A DNA stretch of 64,000 bases from the human T2T-CHM13v2.0 reference genome, Homo sapiens. The translations under genes and the position numbers were made by a program. How positions within the stretch are numbered: position 1 is the first letter of the stretch; the number at the start of each line of letters is the position of its first letter. Location of the stretch: the NCBI RefSeq assembly GCF_009914755.1, contig NC_060932.1. One strand, written 5' to 3'. The notes under the pieces are model-generated. The model was not told where the DNA came from and made no database searches. It saw only the letters and a list, made by a program, of their open reading frames with translations. Below, one piece after another: positions 27,243-38,559 of the stretch.

Positions 27243-28020
27243 TAGGAGAGGTCTTCCAAAACTTCGTGGAAAGGTCATATTATGCATGGATTTCCATTTT
27301 TTTGCACCAAAATACACTTGTAATAACTTGTTATAACATGTTAGAACATGATCTAGTTTGAGGCACTAAGACATCAATTTGAAAGAGCCCCCTTTCAGAA
27401 CAACATGAATTCTGCTAAAATTGAAGCAAGAACAAACACCAAATTTATGGTGAAGCTTGGGTGGAATGGTGAAATCACTGATGCTTTATAAAAAGTTTAT
27501 GGGGACAATGCCCCAAAGAAATAAGCAGTTTACAAGCGGATAACTTACTTTAAGAAGGAATAAGATGATGTTAAAGATTACACCTATAGTGGTAGATCAT
27601 CCACATTAATTTGCAAGGAAAAAACTAAGTTTGTTCATGCACTAATTGAAGAGGGCTAATGATTTACAGGAGAAACAATAGCCAAACCATAGATATCGCA
27701 ATTGGTTCAGTGTATACAACTCTGACCGAAAAATTAGAGTTGAGCAATCTTTCCATTCAATGGGTGCCAAAACTATTGCACCCAGATCAGCTGCAGACAA
27801 GAGCAGAGCTTTCAGTGGAAATTCTAAACAAGTGGAATGAAGATCCTGAAGCACTTCTTCGGAGAAGTGAAACAGGAAATAAACCACAGCTTCACCAGTA
27901 CAATCCTGAAGACAAATCACAACCAAAGCAATGGCTACCAATAAATGGAAATGGTCCAGTCAAAGAGAAAGTGGACTGGTCAAAAGCCAAGGTCACGGTG
28001 ACGGTTTTTTGGGATGCTCA
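27243..28020 (+). mobile_element. Hsmar2 mariner DNA transposon, 3'-truncated and degenerate
   Basis: TIR-like start taggagaggtcttccaaaacttcgtggaaa; ATG at 27405 gives MNSAKIEARTNTKFMVKLGW; later WVPKLLHPDQLQTRAELS, QYNPEDK and KVTVTVFWDA match mariner transposase motifs; frameshifts and stops present. Confidence 0.93.
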
Positions 28021-28359
28021 CACACAAAAAGATGCCACAGGCTGCATCAGTTGTCTTTAGGAAAATTAGAGAAATAACCCAAAATGTTGGTGAGGGAAGG
28101 GTGCAGGAGAGACCTACGGCAAATATCAATGGCAGAATTAGCTTGAAATACATGGAAAAAAAAAATCTCTTCTTCTTTTACCCTGCCTCCCCCAATGTCT
28201 ACAATATACACAAATCTACTAAAATTTAAGATGCTCTTTCAAATGTTTAGTTTTTTTTTTAAACAGCAGTCGTTCAGAGCACATGATATTTTATTTTTCT
28301 GCATCATGTCATTTCAGGTTTATCTGTCATCACTAAAGAAAAAAAAAAAACATTGATTC

Positions 28360-29032
28360 TGTAACTGCCTGATGGGTTTCTCTCGCAGGCTAACCAGATA
28401 GACCTGGTTTATCAAGACAGGGGAATTGCAATAGAAGGTTTAATACACATAGAGCTAGCTAAATGGGAGACTGGAGTTTTATTATTACTCAAATAAGCTG
28501 TCCCGAAAATTCAGAAACTGAAATTTTTATACAGTAGTTTGGCAGGCAGGAGGCTAGGGAATGGGGATTGCTGATTGGTTGGGTTGGAGACGAAATCATA
28601 GGTAGTCGAAGCTCTCCTCTTGCATGAGCCACTTCTTGGGTAGGGGCCACAAGACCAGACGAGCCACTTTACTGGCCTGGGTGGCTCCAGCGGATCCATC
28701 AGAATGCAGAATGTTATGGTCTATTATAAAACACCAATCTTAGGTTTTATAATAGTAATGTTATCTATAGGAGCAAATAGGTAGGTTAGCAGTCTTGTGG
28801 CCTCTGGCTGTATTATACCTGAGCCATGGTGGGGCTGTTTCAGGGAGGGGCTGTTATCATCCTTGTTTTAAAATTAAACTATTAACTAAATTCCTCCCAA
28901 AGTTAGTTCAGCCTACACCCAGGAATGAACAAGGGCAGCTTGGAGGTTAAAGGCAAGATGGAGTTGGTTAGGTCAGGTCTCTTTCATTGTCATAATTTTC
29001 TCACTGTTATAATTTTAGCAAAGGTGGTTTCA
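28360..29032 (-). mobile_element. LTR8-family (ERV1) solo LTR with 4-bp TSD
   Basis: Reverse strand starts TGAAACCACCTTTGCTAAAATTATAACAGTGAG and ends in CA; TSD attc at 28356-28359 and 29033-29036. Confidence 0.88.
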
Positions 29033-29189
29033 ATTCAAAGGCAAAATTTGGTTTCTTGGCTTAAAACCTTTACAGTTCTAATTTGCCAGTTACAGACAGA
29101 ATGATTCTACTTTTTAAATACTTGACTTTTGTAAGTACTCACAGCTAGTATACAAATTGTAGGTTATTTGAAATAGTCAGAGTATTAGC

Positions 29190-29990
29190 AATTTCTGCTT
29201 CCGGCCATGATGGAGTAAAGAAACTGGATTTACCCTTCCACCTTCACTACAAAGCTGGGAAAAATAGACAAAACAATGGTTTTGAGACATTGAGCAACAG
29301 GCAGTGAAAGACTGCAATCCTAACAATTTGGTAATAAAGGAGGTGAGCCCTTTGATAGCCCTCATTTCTGGCCTGAAGAGTTTCCAGGTTGCAGCATAGG
29401 GAGACGGAACTCAGACAGAACCTGGAGGTCTCACTGAGCTAAGGTGACAACAATCAAGGAAGCTAGGATTCTTGGGGCCGAGTGTCAGAGAGAAGAGAAT
29501 TATACCAAGGGAAACTCCAGATATTTGCAGAAGCGTCCCCTCAAGTCTTCAAATGAAGATTGAGCAACACTTGCACTGGAGGAAACTACTGGGAAAGAAC
29601 CACCAGAGACAAGAAGGCAGAAAAATCCCCAGAGCTCACACAGGGCCAAAAGCAACTTGCGTTTCCCCAGTGGAAATAATTTCTAAACACATGGAGCATC
29701 AAGCAGAGTCCTTGACAGGCTGCTGCTTTAACAATGGGACCAGATTATAACTAAACTTAAAGACTATTGTGGGCCCATCTAGCAAAACTTACACAAAAGG
29801 CTTGCAAAGGCCACATTTTCCCCAAAGGACTTAACTATCCCAGAACAAAATATTTGAAGGAATACAAAAGCCTTCAGCCCCCAATAAAGTAACACTCACA
29901 ATGTCGGATGTAAAATAAAAAGGTTACCAGGTGTGAAAGATGCAGGAAAATATGACTCACATCAAGAAGAAAAATGTACCAAAAAAAAAA
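29190..29990 (+). mobile_element. Old L1M 5' region fragment
   Basis: cttccggccatgatggagtaa...aaaggttaccaggtgtgaaagatgcaggaaaatatgactcac resembles the 5'UTR/ORF1 start of ancient L1M elements. Confidence 0.6.
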
Positions 29991-30656
29991 AAAAAGCATT
30001 AGGAAGATCAAACAACAACCCATAACCTTACCAACTAGATATGGTTTTCAGTGAAGAATTAGAGTATTACCTTTTAGACTTTAATTTAATATGTATTTTT
30101 TAATTACTGATATTAAATGAACTATGAATGATCAACTTGGTGTCCTAGAGATTTTTTCCCCTTTACGTATCTTGAGCACTTTCTCATGTGTATTTCACTT
30201 TTCTGCTTGTAAGAATCAACATTCACTTGGCTTACCTTACGTAATGGGAGGTATATTAGAAGTATGAAAAGGAAATAAGACTCTCAGCTACATGAACCAA
30301 GGGAGGAAAAAAGACAAATAATCGGACCTCACAGGGAGTGAAGGACCAAGAGTGCAGCCAGGCTCTGCAAGCAAGTTCGCTGGGGCCCCAGGGCCTCTCC
30401 AGAGCCTCAGGAGAAGCTGTTAGTGAATGAGTGTTCCCTCTGATGCTCTGCCTTAGGGAGATCTAGCCCTTATTATCTCAGTCTTCCTTCTCTTCATACA
30501 TCTTTTGGCTTCTTTTGTTGTACAGAATGGCTTCTGGCCTGGATCATTCAAATCCGTCCTACATGCCTGATTAGTGTTGCCTAGTCTAGAATTTCATATA
30601 AATGGAATCATATAGCATGTACTTCTTCCACTGAGCATCATGTTTTTGAAATTAAT

Positions 30657-30795
30657 TCAGGGGCCAGCGAAATTTTTCTTAAAGGATCAGACAGTAAATA
30701 TATTAGGTTTTGGGGGCCACACAGTCTCTCCCAACTGCTTAGTTCTGCTGGTGTGGCCAGAAAGCAGCCAAACAATAGATACATTAATGAGTGTT
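30657..30795 (+). mobile_element. MER58A-like hAT MITE, 5' half only
   Basis: caggggccagcgaaatttttcttaaaggatcagacagtaaatatattaggtttt...gccagaaagcagccaaacaata; the normal 3' half is replaced by an inverted copy. Confidence 0.75.
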
Positions 30796-30837
30796 TATCT
30801 ATTGTTTAGCTGCTTTCTGGCCACACTAGCAGAACTA
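30740..30837. repeat. 42-bp inverted repeat with 14-nt loop
   Basis: Arms 30740-30781 and 30796-30837 are reverse complements at 40 of 42 positions. Confidence 0.97.
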
Positions 30838-31000
30838 CGTACTTGGGAGAGCCAACTACCTGTGTAGAAAAAAAAAAAAAGAGAAACTACTTTACCCTTG
30901 AGTCCATTCATACCTTTGCTCATGTCATGGACTGTTATGCAAAGAAAGGTCTGTGGATCATTGGTATCCACATTTTTAGACCCTGTTATAAATGCAGAAT

Positions 31001-31292
31001 CTGGCTCATGCCTGTAATCCTGAAACTTTGGGAGCTGAGGTGGGAGGATCACTTTAGCCCAGGAATTTGAGACCAGCCTGGGAAACATAGGGATATCCTG
31101 TCTCTACAAAAAATAAAAATAAAAAAATTTAGCTGGATGTTGTGGCACATGCCCGTAGTCATAGCTACCTAGGACACTCAGGTGGGAGGACTGCTTAAGT
31201 CAGAGAGGCAGAGGCTGCAGTAAGCCATGGTCACACTATTATGCTCCAGCACGGACAACATAGTGAGGCCCTGTCTCAAAAAAAAAAAAAAA
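31001..31292 (+). mobile_element. AluJ inserted into a MER5A-type element (~30935-31390)
   Basis: AluJ body with TSD-like gcagaatct on both sides; flanks aaatgcagaatct...cagactcacc...tgcattttaacatgatctctgggtgac resemble MER5. Confidence 0.88.
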
Positions 31293-32619
31293 AGGCAGAA
31301 TCTCAGACTCACCCTAGGCCTGCTGAACCAGATGTGCATTTTAACATGATCTCTGGGTGACTGGCGTGCACAGTCATGTCTGTGAAGTATTGCCCAAGGG
31401 AGTCTGCTGAGACACTGAAGGACAAGATGGAATGGGTTACATTGGATCACCTTCTTTTAACAAGTGCAATTTCCACTCCAGCTGGCCAGTTAAAATACAA
31501 ACAAGATTCTGTAATTTTTTTTAAATCCCAAACTTAATAATATTCTTTTTCAGTAGATGATCTCCATTAATATTTCATAGCCATATAGAATGCTGGGGTT
31601 GAAACAAAATAGGAAACCATCCTGCATTCACCAAAAGGCAGAGTCCCTTCTACAATATTCCTCTGTGGCCTCTAACTGAGCGTTTCCAGGAGACACCTCA
31701 TTGTAACAGAAGATCCAACGATAACTAACCATTTACCACCTGAACCATGGCAACAGGCCATAAATGTCTGCTTCGATCTTCTTGACCATCTTAGAGACAA
31801 AATTACCTTTCTGAAATCATATACCAACACAGGAGGTGCTTGAAAAACTCTGATTTCCGACTAATTCAGTATTCTCCATTCTATATAACTACCTTCCACT
31901 CTCTCTGGCATAATCCAATAGATCTGCTAATTATCCTAAGATTTTTGTGATCCTGCCTTCCTGAGTCCAGTGCCCTACTTTTAACCTTGTTCCCTATGTC
32001 ACAATGTCACAGCTTTCCTGCCTTGGCTGGGAAAATTCCATTCACTTGCCTCCCCTCACCCCCTCAGTATTCACTGATAGCTATAAGCATCCTTTTGTGT
32101 TTCTTCTAACTTTTATGAAACTAGGGTTTACCTTTTTCATCCAGATTCCTAGTTAAAGGGAGAATTTCATTGTAAACAAGAATCTAGTCCTTCAATTGCT
32201 TTTCTTGGCACCTGAGTGGTGCTCTTTTTACCTTCCTTTTATGTAGGAAAGGCTTCTGTGTGCACTGTCACCTGAAGTTTACTGGAGAGTCACTCACCCA
32301 AAAACATGTCTTTACCATACTTAAAAGTGATATAGCTAGGAGCTTATTAGAACTCCCCTGGAGACAGGGATACTTGAATTAAATTTTGCAAACATCTATG
32401 GAGCCTTACCATACTCACATTATTTTGCGAGGTGCTGGTACGAATACAGAAATGGATATAATAAAGGCAACCTTCCAGTGTGTGCACTGTGGTGGAGAAA
32501 ATAAATAAAACCTTTGCCTTGTTGAAGGCATCCCATTATTTAAAGAGGTAACATTTTCCCCACAACTATTTTGTGTGGGGTCCCACAAAAAAACCGATAG
32601 ATAGCAGACCTATCTTCTG

Positions 32620-32690
32620 ATATCTATCTACTATCTATCTATCATCTATCTATCTATCTATTTATCTATCATCCATCTGTTTATCTATCT
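32620..32690. repeat. Imperfect (TATC)n tetranucleotide microsatellite
   Basis: tatctatctactatctatctatcatctatctatctatcta..., seen directly. Confidence 0.9.
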
Positions 32691-32919
32691 CAGAAAGCAG
32701 AGGTAGGGTACGAGGAAGAGATGGGACATTACAATGCAAAGTCCTCCCCTCCAGCCAAGTTTTTCAAACTCCTTGTCCATACAACATCCATGACCCTAAG
32801 TTCAGCTCTTTACACATTTCTTTTCCCCGTGAGGCTGAGCTGCTTGAGGGCAGGTCACGTCTTTCCACTACCCTTCTTGCCGGCACCTAGGGCTTCCTGA
32901 TGGAGACCCTACAGGTAAT

Positions 32920-33660
32920 CCACGTGAGCTTATGCTCCGCGGCAGACACGCCCAGGCGGGCTTTACTCACATCAATAGCTTAGTACGCACACTCCCTCTA
33001 GCCAATGAGCGAATACGTACTCCTTTCTCCACCTCCCGCAGGGCGGCCACCGCCCCCTCAGTCCCTCTTTCTCCCGTCACCTCCCCAGGTTGCCCCGCCC
33101 TGCTCCGCCCCCTCGCCGCCGCGTGCTCGAGGAGCGAGTCGCGCGCTACTGACGTCACCAGCACGCGCCCCGTCCGCTGCAGTCCGCCGGCGAGGGAGTT
33201 ACGCACGTCCTGATTCTCCTGGAGTCTCCAGCCCGCCCAGTGGCCGCAGTCACCCAGGTCCAGAGGCGGCGGTATCACAGGCTCTCCGACATGTCTATGC
33301 TGGCTGAACGTGAGTGTCGGAAGCGGAGGCCCGACCCAGGCGCGTTGGTGAAGATGCCGGGTGACGCGCACGGCAGCCCGGAGTGGCTGGGAGCTCGGGT
33401 TGCCGGCGCGCCTGGCGCATGGGATCGGGGGACCGGGGAGCCGAGCCCGGCTCTGATTGTCCTGCTCGCCGCAGAGCTCCCCGAAAGTTGGCCGCAGGTC
33501 TGCTAGTGAGAGAGACCGCAAGTGTCTCCCGGAGACGCCGTCCTCAGAATCACCCTGGGGCGCGTGCGAAGTGGGTCAGAACACCGGGTCCCGGGACTGG
33601 CCCCGCCGCCGCCCTTTGTGGGGTCCCGGACTGGTTGCTTCACCCACCCCGGACCTCAGC
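32920..33660. promoter_or_regulatory. CpG-island, TATA-less PINX1 promoter, probably bidirectional
   Basis: Sharp rise in GC and CpG around exon 1. Motifs seen: E-box CACGTG 32921-32926, NF-Y box AGCCAATGAG 33000-33009, GC boxes ~33092-33112, palindromic CRE TGACGTCA 33150-33157. Confidence 0.92.
33291..33309 (+). CDS. PINX1: PINX1 exon 1 coding part (MSMLAE + first base of R7)
   Basis: ATG at 33291 inside the CpG island; atgtctatgctggctgaac is followed by donor GTGAGT at 33310; joins exon 2 in frame to give MSMLAERRRKQKW, the recognised PINX1 N-terminus. Confidence 0.97.
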
Positions 33661-34816
33661 TTCCTGAGGTTAAAAAGAGAAGGTTGAGCAGAAGGATCAC
33701 TTGAAACTGTAATCACATTGTCCAAGATGTCTTGGACCCAGAAAAAGAAAAAGCAAAGGAGTTAGAAGTCTCAAATATGGGACGTCAGCCACTTAGCGAG
33801 GGAGTGCAGGGCTAATGTGTAATTCTAAGTGAGACTGGCGTTTTTGACCTTGTTAGTTGGCCACAGCGCCCCGTCCTGCCTGTTTACCTTTGACATTTAT
33901 CTTCACTTGGTGGAGTCGGTGAAACCCCTGTCTCTGGAGAGGCTGCTGAACTTCTGAATTGTACCTGTAGCGAAGGTCGCTTGCCGCCAGATGGCAGTCA
34001 TGCTTTGATCCTGAAAAGCGGGTCCTGCTTGGCGAGTTGTATAGTGAGCAAAGAACAGAAACAGCTTATTTAACAGATCAAGCAGACCAGCACAGGGATT
34101 TTGTGAAATAAGTGCTGTTAGCACTCTCTTTTCTAAGAGGGTGGAGGACTTAGGAGCACAAAACGAAATGGGTCAGGCACCATCCCGATTTTACAGGGGC
34201 AGAAATTGACGTTCAAAGGAAAATAATTTGCCCCTAGTCATTGAGCTAGAAAATGGCAAAATTGATCCAGTTATCTCTGTATCTTTATGTTCTTGCCAGT
34301 AAGACCAGCGGAGACCCATAGAAATGAGTATGTTTTAGACTGAACCCGTCGGTTCTATTTTTTCACCAGTAAAAAATGAGGAGTCAGGGTTAGAGCCTAG
34401 ATAGCTAAGATCTCTTCTGGTTTTCGTATTCTTTGATGTTTGCTTAATTCAGCATGCACTTGGCGACTTTGGCCCTAGTTCTGCTATTCATTTATGTCTG
34501 TTCCTTTGATCAGTGTTTGTGAGGCCACAAAATCTTCTCTTAATATTTTTATCCCTAGGTGGCCTTAAATCAGTGAGATGGTGAACATGAACATAGTTTG
34601 AAAAGTCTGAAGTATAGAGGTGTAAAATGCTATTTGTAGGCATCAGTAATTCAGATTACATGATTTCAAGAGAGTGTTTTCAGTTCTCCTCTTCCCAACG
34701 TTATTCCAAATTGTCAAATCCTTGTCATTATAATATGTAATATTTTTGTGTTTTCTTTTTCGTAATTTGCTAAATGGGTATAGCATCTTCTGTAATTAGA
34801 TACTTAGGATTGGTGT

Positions 34817-35201
34817 TGTTAAGAAGAAAAACCTTAGACAAATTATACAGAGTTTGATTGAGCAAAGAATGATTCAAGAATTGGGCAGCCTTCAGAACTA
34901 GAACGGGTTCTAAGAACTCCAACCTGCTATGTGGTCAGGCAGTATTTATGGACAGTAAACGGAAGTGAGGTACAGCGACAACTTGGTTAGGGTTACCGCT
35001 CTGATTTGCCTTATTTGAATCAGATGGCTGCCTGTGATTGAAGCCTAGCTGCTGTAATGGATTGAGGCTCACTTATATGTTATAAGAGTATACTCCTACG
35101 GTAGGCTTTCGCTTCCTTTAAGTTCTAACGTAGGTTGTAGTTCCTTATGTAAGGACTCAAGTACGGAGGCCTCCTCAGGCCAAATTTAATTTAGTGTAAC
35201 A
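34817..35201 (-). mobile_element. MER57-family ERV1 LTR with short adjacent internal remnant
   Basis: tgttaagaagaaaaaccttagacaaatt...gagcaaagaatgattc...ggaagtgaggtacag...tttgccttatttgaa...tgtaaca. Confidence 0.8.
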
Positions 35202-35513
35202 ATACTCTCCTTCTGATCAACCTCTGAATTTTGAGAGATTGTTTAAAACTTCTGCCTCTGGCTCTTGGGACTCAACACGCCCTTTAGAGTAAATGGGATC
35301 CTAGCATAAGTCATGTGGTATTGAGCTGTTGTGTGGATGGTTTTTATTGGATTTGCCCCAAAAGTATCCCGACAGACCCATTTACAGTTAGATCTCCACA
35401 TAGGAGTACCTGCTAGAGGATGGTTAAATACATCCCAAATAGTGATTCTGCAGATTCAGGGCATTCTACCTGAGGCCCAGCGCCATGCTGTAAACACTGC
35501 TGTTCCAGATCGT

Positions 35514-36025
35514 GTCAAGGGTCCCCAAGATCATCCCCAGATTCAATGATGTGCTGGGGGATTCAGGCACAGGACTCAGCATATAGTCGCACTCACTGCT
35601 AAGATTTATTACAGCAAAAGGATGTAGAGCAAAGCCGGCAAAAGGAAAAGATGCACGGGGCAAAGTCCAGGCTAAGCCAGGCGTCAAGCTTCCAGAGCCC
35701 TCCCCCAGGGAGTCACACATAACACGCTTAATTCCTCCAGTAGTGAGTTCTGAGAGCAAATATGGAATGTTGCCCACCAGGGAAGCTAGTGAGAGACTCG
35801 GTGCTAGGGATTTCCTGGGGCCTGGTCACATAGACACCCTCTACCTGGGAGGCACCAAAATTCCTGGCTCGCAGAAGGAAAGCAGGTGCTCAGCATAAAC
35901 TGTATCATTTGCATAAACAGGCACAATGAGCCACTCTTACCAGTTCTGCGAATGGTGGGAACCCTTGAGTTCCCTGTTATGAACAGGCCTTTCAAAGGAT
36001 AGCAGTCAGGCCTTCTGTGTTAGTG
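35514..36025 (-). mobile_element. MER21-family LTR
   Basis: gggtccccaagatcatcccc...ggactcagcatatagtcgcactcactgctaagatttattacagcaaaaggat. Confidence 0.8.
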
Positions 36026-37289
36026 AACAAAGCTGAGATCTGAGCACAGAACAGACTGTGGCATGAGAATTACAAAGGACATGTAAAAGGTGATCCAATT
36101 GGAACAGCTCAGAGGCAGTCTTTTCCTTACCATGATTTTCCACACCTGGAAACTTGGGTGCCATTAGAGCTGGGAAATGTTCCAGGGAAGCAGGGTTCTG
36201 GTCAAGTGAAGTCTGGGAAGCATGGCAGGCCTGCTCTGGCCTCCTCTAAGAGGATCTGCACATTTGCATAGTAAAGTTTCCGGGAGATTCTTCCATATGA
36301 AATTTAGTTTAACCCAGTGTTACTCATTTTCAATGGGAAACTGCCACCCCCCGCCCCCCCAACATCCTTGTTTGGAAACACTGGTGTGATCCCATTGATT
36401 GAAGCTAACTGCCATTTTCCCAGGGGAGAGGAATTGACCTTGAATAGCTAATCTCTTGTGTAGGCATTATAGTTTGTTTTATATAAGTAGGTAATGTGAA
36501 GCGTGTGCAGTTCTTAACTGCAGAGCGTGAGCTTATTCTCAAAACTGTCTCCTTCGTACAAGCCCTAGTCAAAGACCCCTGGCAAGCACTGCATAGACAC
36601 ATGAACTCTGACACACTGATGCCAGCTTGCATATAGAATACTGGCTAACAGGCTTCTCTCTGGTGTGTTGTTCATTAGCAGACGCAGTGTTATGCTGAGT
36701 ATTTGCCAAGATAAGTAAAGTGGTAATTTAGATGGAACATTTTTGGGTCACCTGTTTTTTTCTGCAAAACACTACAAATTCGAGCCCAACTTGTTTTGCT
36801 TTGTTAAGGGCCTTTTTTTCTGCCTGTGTGTTTGTAAAGGATTTCCTATTTTTGCTGGAGTGTGCATAGTTATGGGCCTCTATTGATTTTATGTGTGCCA
36901 CAGTGAGCCCCTTTGACAGGGGGTCATGTTATTTTTTAATTATGTGATGAGATGGGCAAGGTAGGAGGGGTTGTGTTGATGGTGAGACAATGTGCTTATA
37001 TTGATGTGGCAGATAAATGATAATGACACCTCCAAATTTCTCATTTCGCCACAGTCTACTTTTCGGTTTGACATTCTTGTGCTTTGAACCTTTGGAGTTC
37101 TTTATTTTTGCCATAATTTTCCTTAAAACGACAGTGATAAACTGGAGTTCATAATGATCAGTAATTTATATGCATTAAAAAAAGTTGCTTTGATGAGATT
37201 CAAAGCAGTTCCCTTAATTCAGTTATACTCCTTCCTTCCTTTTTTCCTCTCCCTCTTCTTTCCTCCTTTCTTCCTCTTTCCATTCTTCA

Positions 37290-37830
37290 TTTTTATCGTT
37301 TATTCCATTCACATATTTATTGAGTGCCTGCTGTGGGCACAGTGATTTTTTTACTTCTTGCAATGAAGCCTCAGAAAAAAGACATGAATATGAGCCCTAA
37401 GGAGATGATGGTCTAATGGGAAACCGGAAAGGCAGATATAAATGGCCCTAATACAGTGGATGTTAAGAAACAGATAAGTTATTCTAGAAGTTCAAAGAGG
37501 GGTCAGAGGGCTTCAGGGCATCTCAATGAGAGGGATGGGATTGTTATTATCTGTAGGTCACATGTGTGGAGGGTACAGTTGACTCTCCCCAAGAGCATAA
37601 TGACTATTGTATGTTGTGAATTAAGAATATAAGCTTTGAAGTTAGTAGGACCAAGGTTGGTTTAAAGGATCTGGTTTTTGCTTGGGGATGTTCGGCAAAT
37701 TTCTTTCTCTAAGCCTCAGATTTTCATATCTGCCAGTGACAATGGTACTATCCACACTCGTTGGGGTACTGTGAAAACTGAATATTATGTACAGCTTTTG
37801 GAGCAGGTCTCAGGTTGAATAATTGGCATT
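37290..37830. mobile_element. Reverse L2 3' end followed by a forward MIR
   Basis: cattcacatatttattgagtgcctgc (L2); ctctaagcctcagattttcatatctg (MIR). Confidence 0.55.
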
Positions 37831-38269
37831 TACTATTTTAAGCGCATCCTTGGTATTGCATGTTCTTTTGTATGTAGTAACGCATGGCAATGGAAGCTGT
37901 AATGCTGCTGCTACTACTGCTGATGGTGATGAGGATGCTGGTGTCCACAGGTGCTTTCAGTTGTGCTGATGGCGGAGTATGGAAGGCCCAGCTCTAGTAT
38001 ATTGAGCATTTGCTTTGCCACATTATGAGGGAACATTTCAGTTTTAATCTTAAGAGGTCAACTTATATGTCTAGAATATACATTTATTAGGGAAATCAGG
38101 ATAAATGATCCAGTCTAACATTCTGTTGAGTGTTGAATTAATTTCTGTATTGTAATGTATGTCATATTTTACATACATACATAAAATACACAGTTATGCA
38201 TGTGTATGTTTGTGTGGTATTTTCCGGGTATCATCTCCATTGCTGATGATAATGCTTTTTCATTTACAG

Positions 38270-38379
38270 GTCGGCGGAAGCAGAAGTGGGCTGTGGATCC
38301 TCAGAACACTGCCTGGAGTAATGACGATTCCAAGTTTGGCCAGCGGATGCTAGAGAAGATGGGGTGGTCTAAAGGAAAG
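38270..38379 (+). CDS. PINX1: PINX1 exon 2 (RRRKQKWAVDPQNTAWSNDDSKFGQRMLEKMGWSKGK; start of the G-patch)
   Basis: Acceptor tttcatttacAG, 110 nt, donor AAG|GTATTT; G-patch signature G-x-x-ML-x-KMGW-x-x-G-x-GLG; cumulative CDS 129 nt. Confidence 0.98.
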
Positions 38380-38559
38380 GTATTTTGGAGAAAAGCAGAA
38401 AAAAATCTGAGCTATGAAAAGAGATTAGAAATTAGGGGAAAACTTCCTTCTTAGGAGACTGGAAGAAACTTATGCTTTGGATCAGTAAGTGATTTTGATC
38501 CCAAATCAAAAATTGTTGTGACCTTATGATGATAAATTAGGATTGGACATAAGTGTCAA

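Larger units (their letters stand above)
28470..33000 (-). ncRNA. PINX1-DT: Probable divergent lncRNA from the PINX1 promoter (boundaries uncertain)
   Basis: I recall a divergent transcript annotated here. Minus-strand donor-like sites: GAT|GTGAGT (~32971), TGG|GTGAGT (~32298), strong AAG|GTAAGC (30236). Exon structure is not proven from sequence. Confidence 0.4.

Noticed and set aside
27659-28060. 133-aa transposase-like ORF as a domesticated gene
   Set aside because: Upstream frameshifts and stops, mutated first catalytic Asp, and truncated catalytic domain.
32932-33704. Multiple overlapping ORFs, including 184 aa on the minus strand
   Set aside because: Expected stop-codon scarcity in a CpG island; only the 19-nt PINX1 exon 1 CDS is supported.
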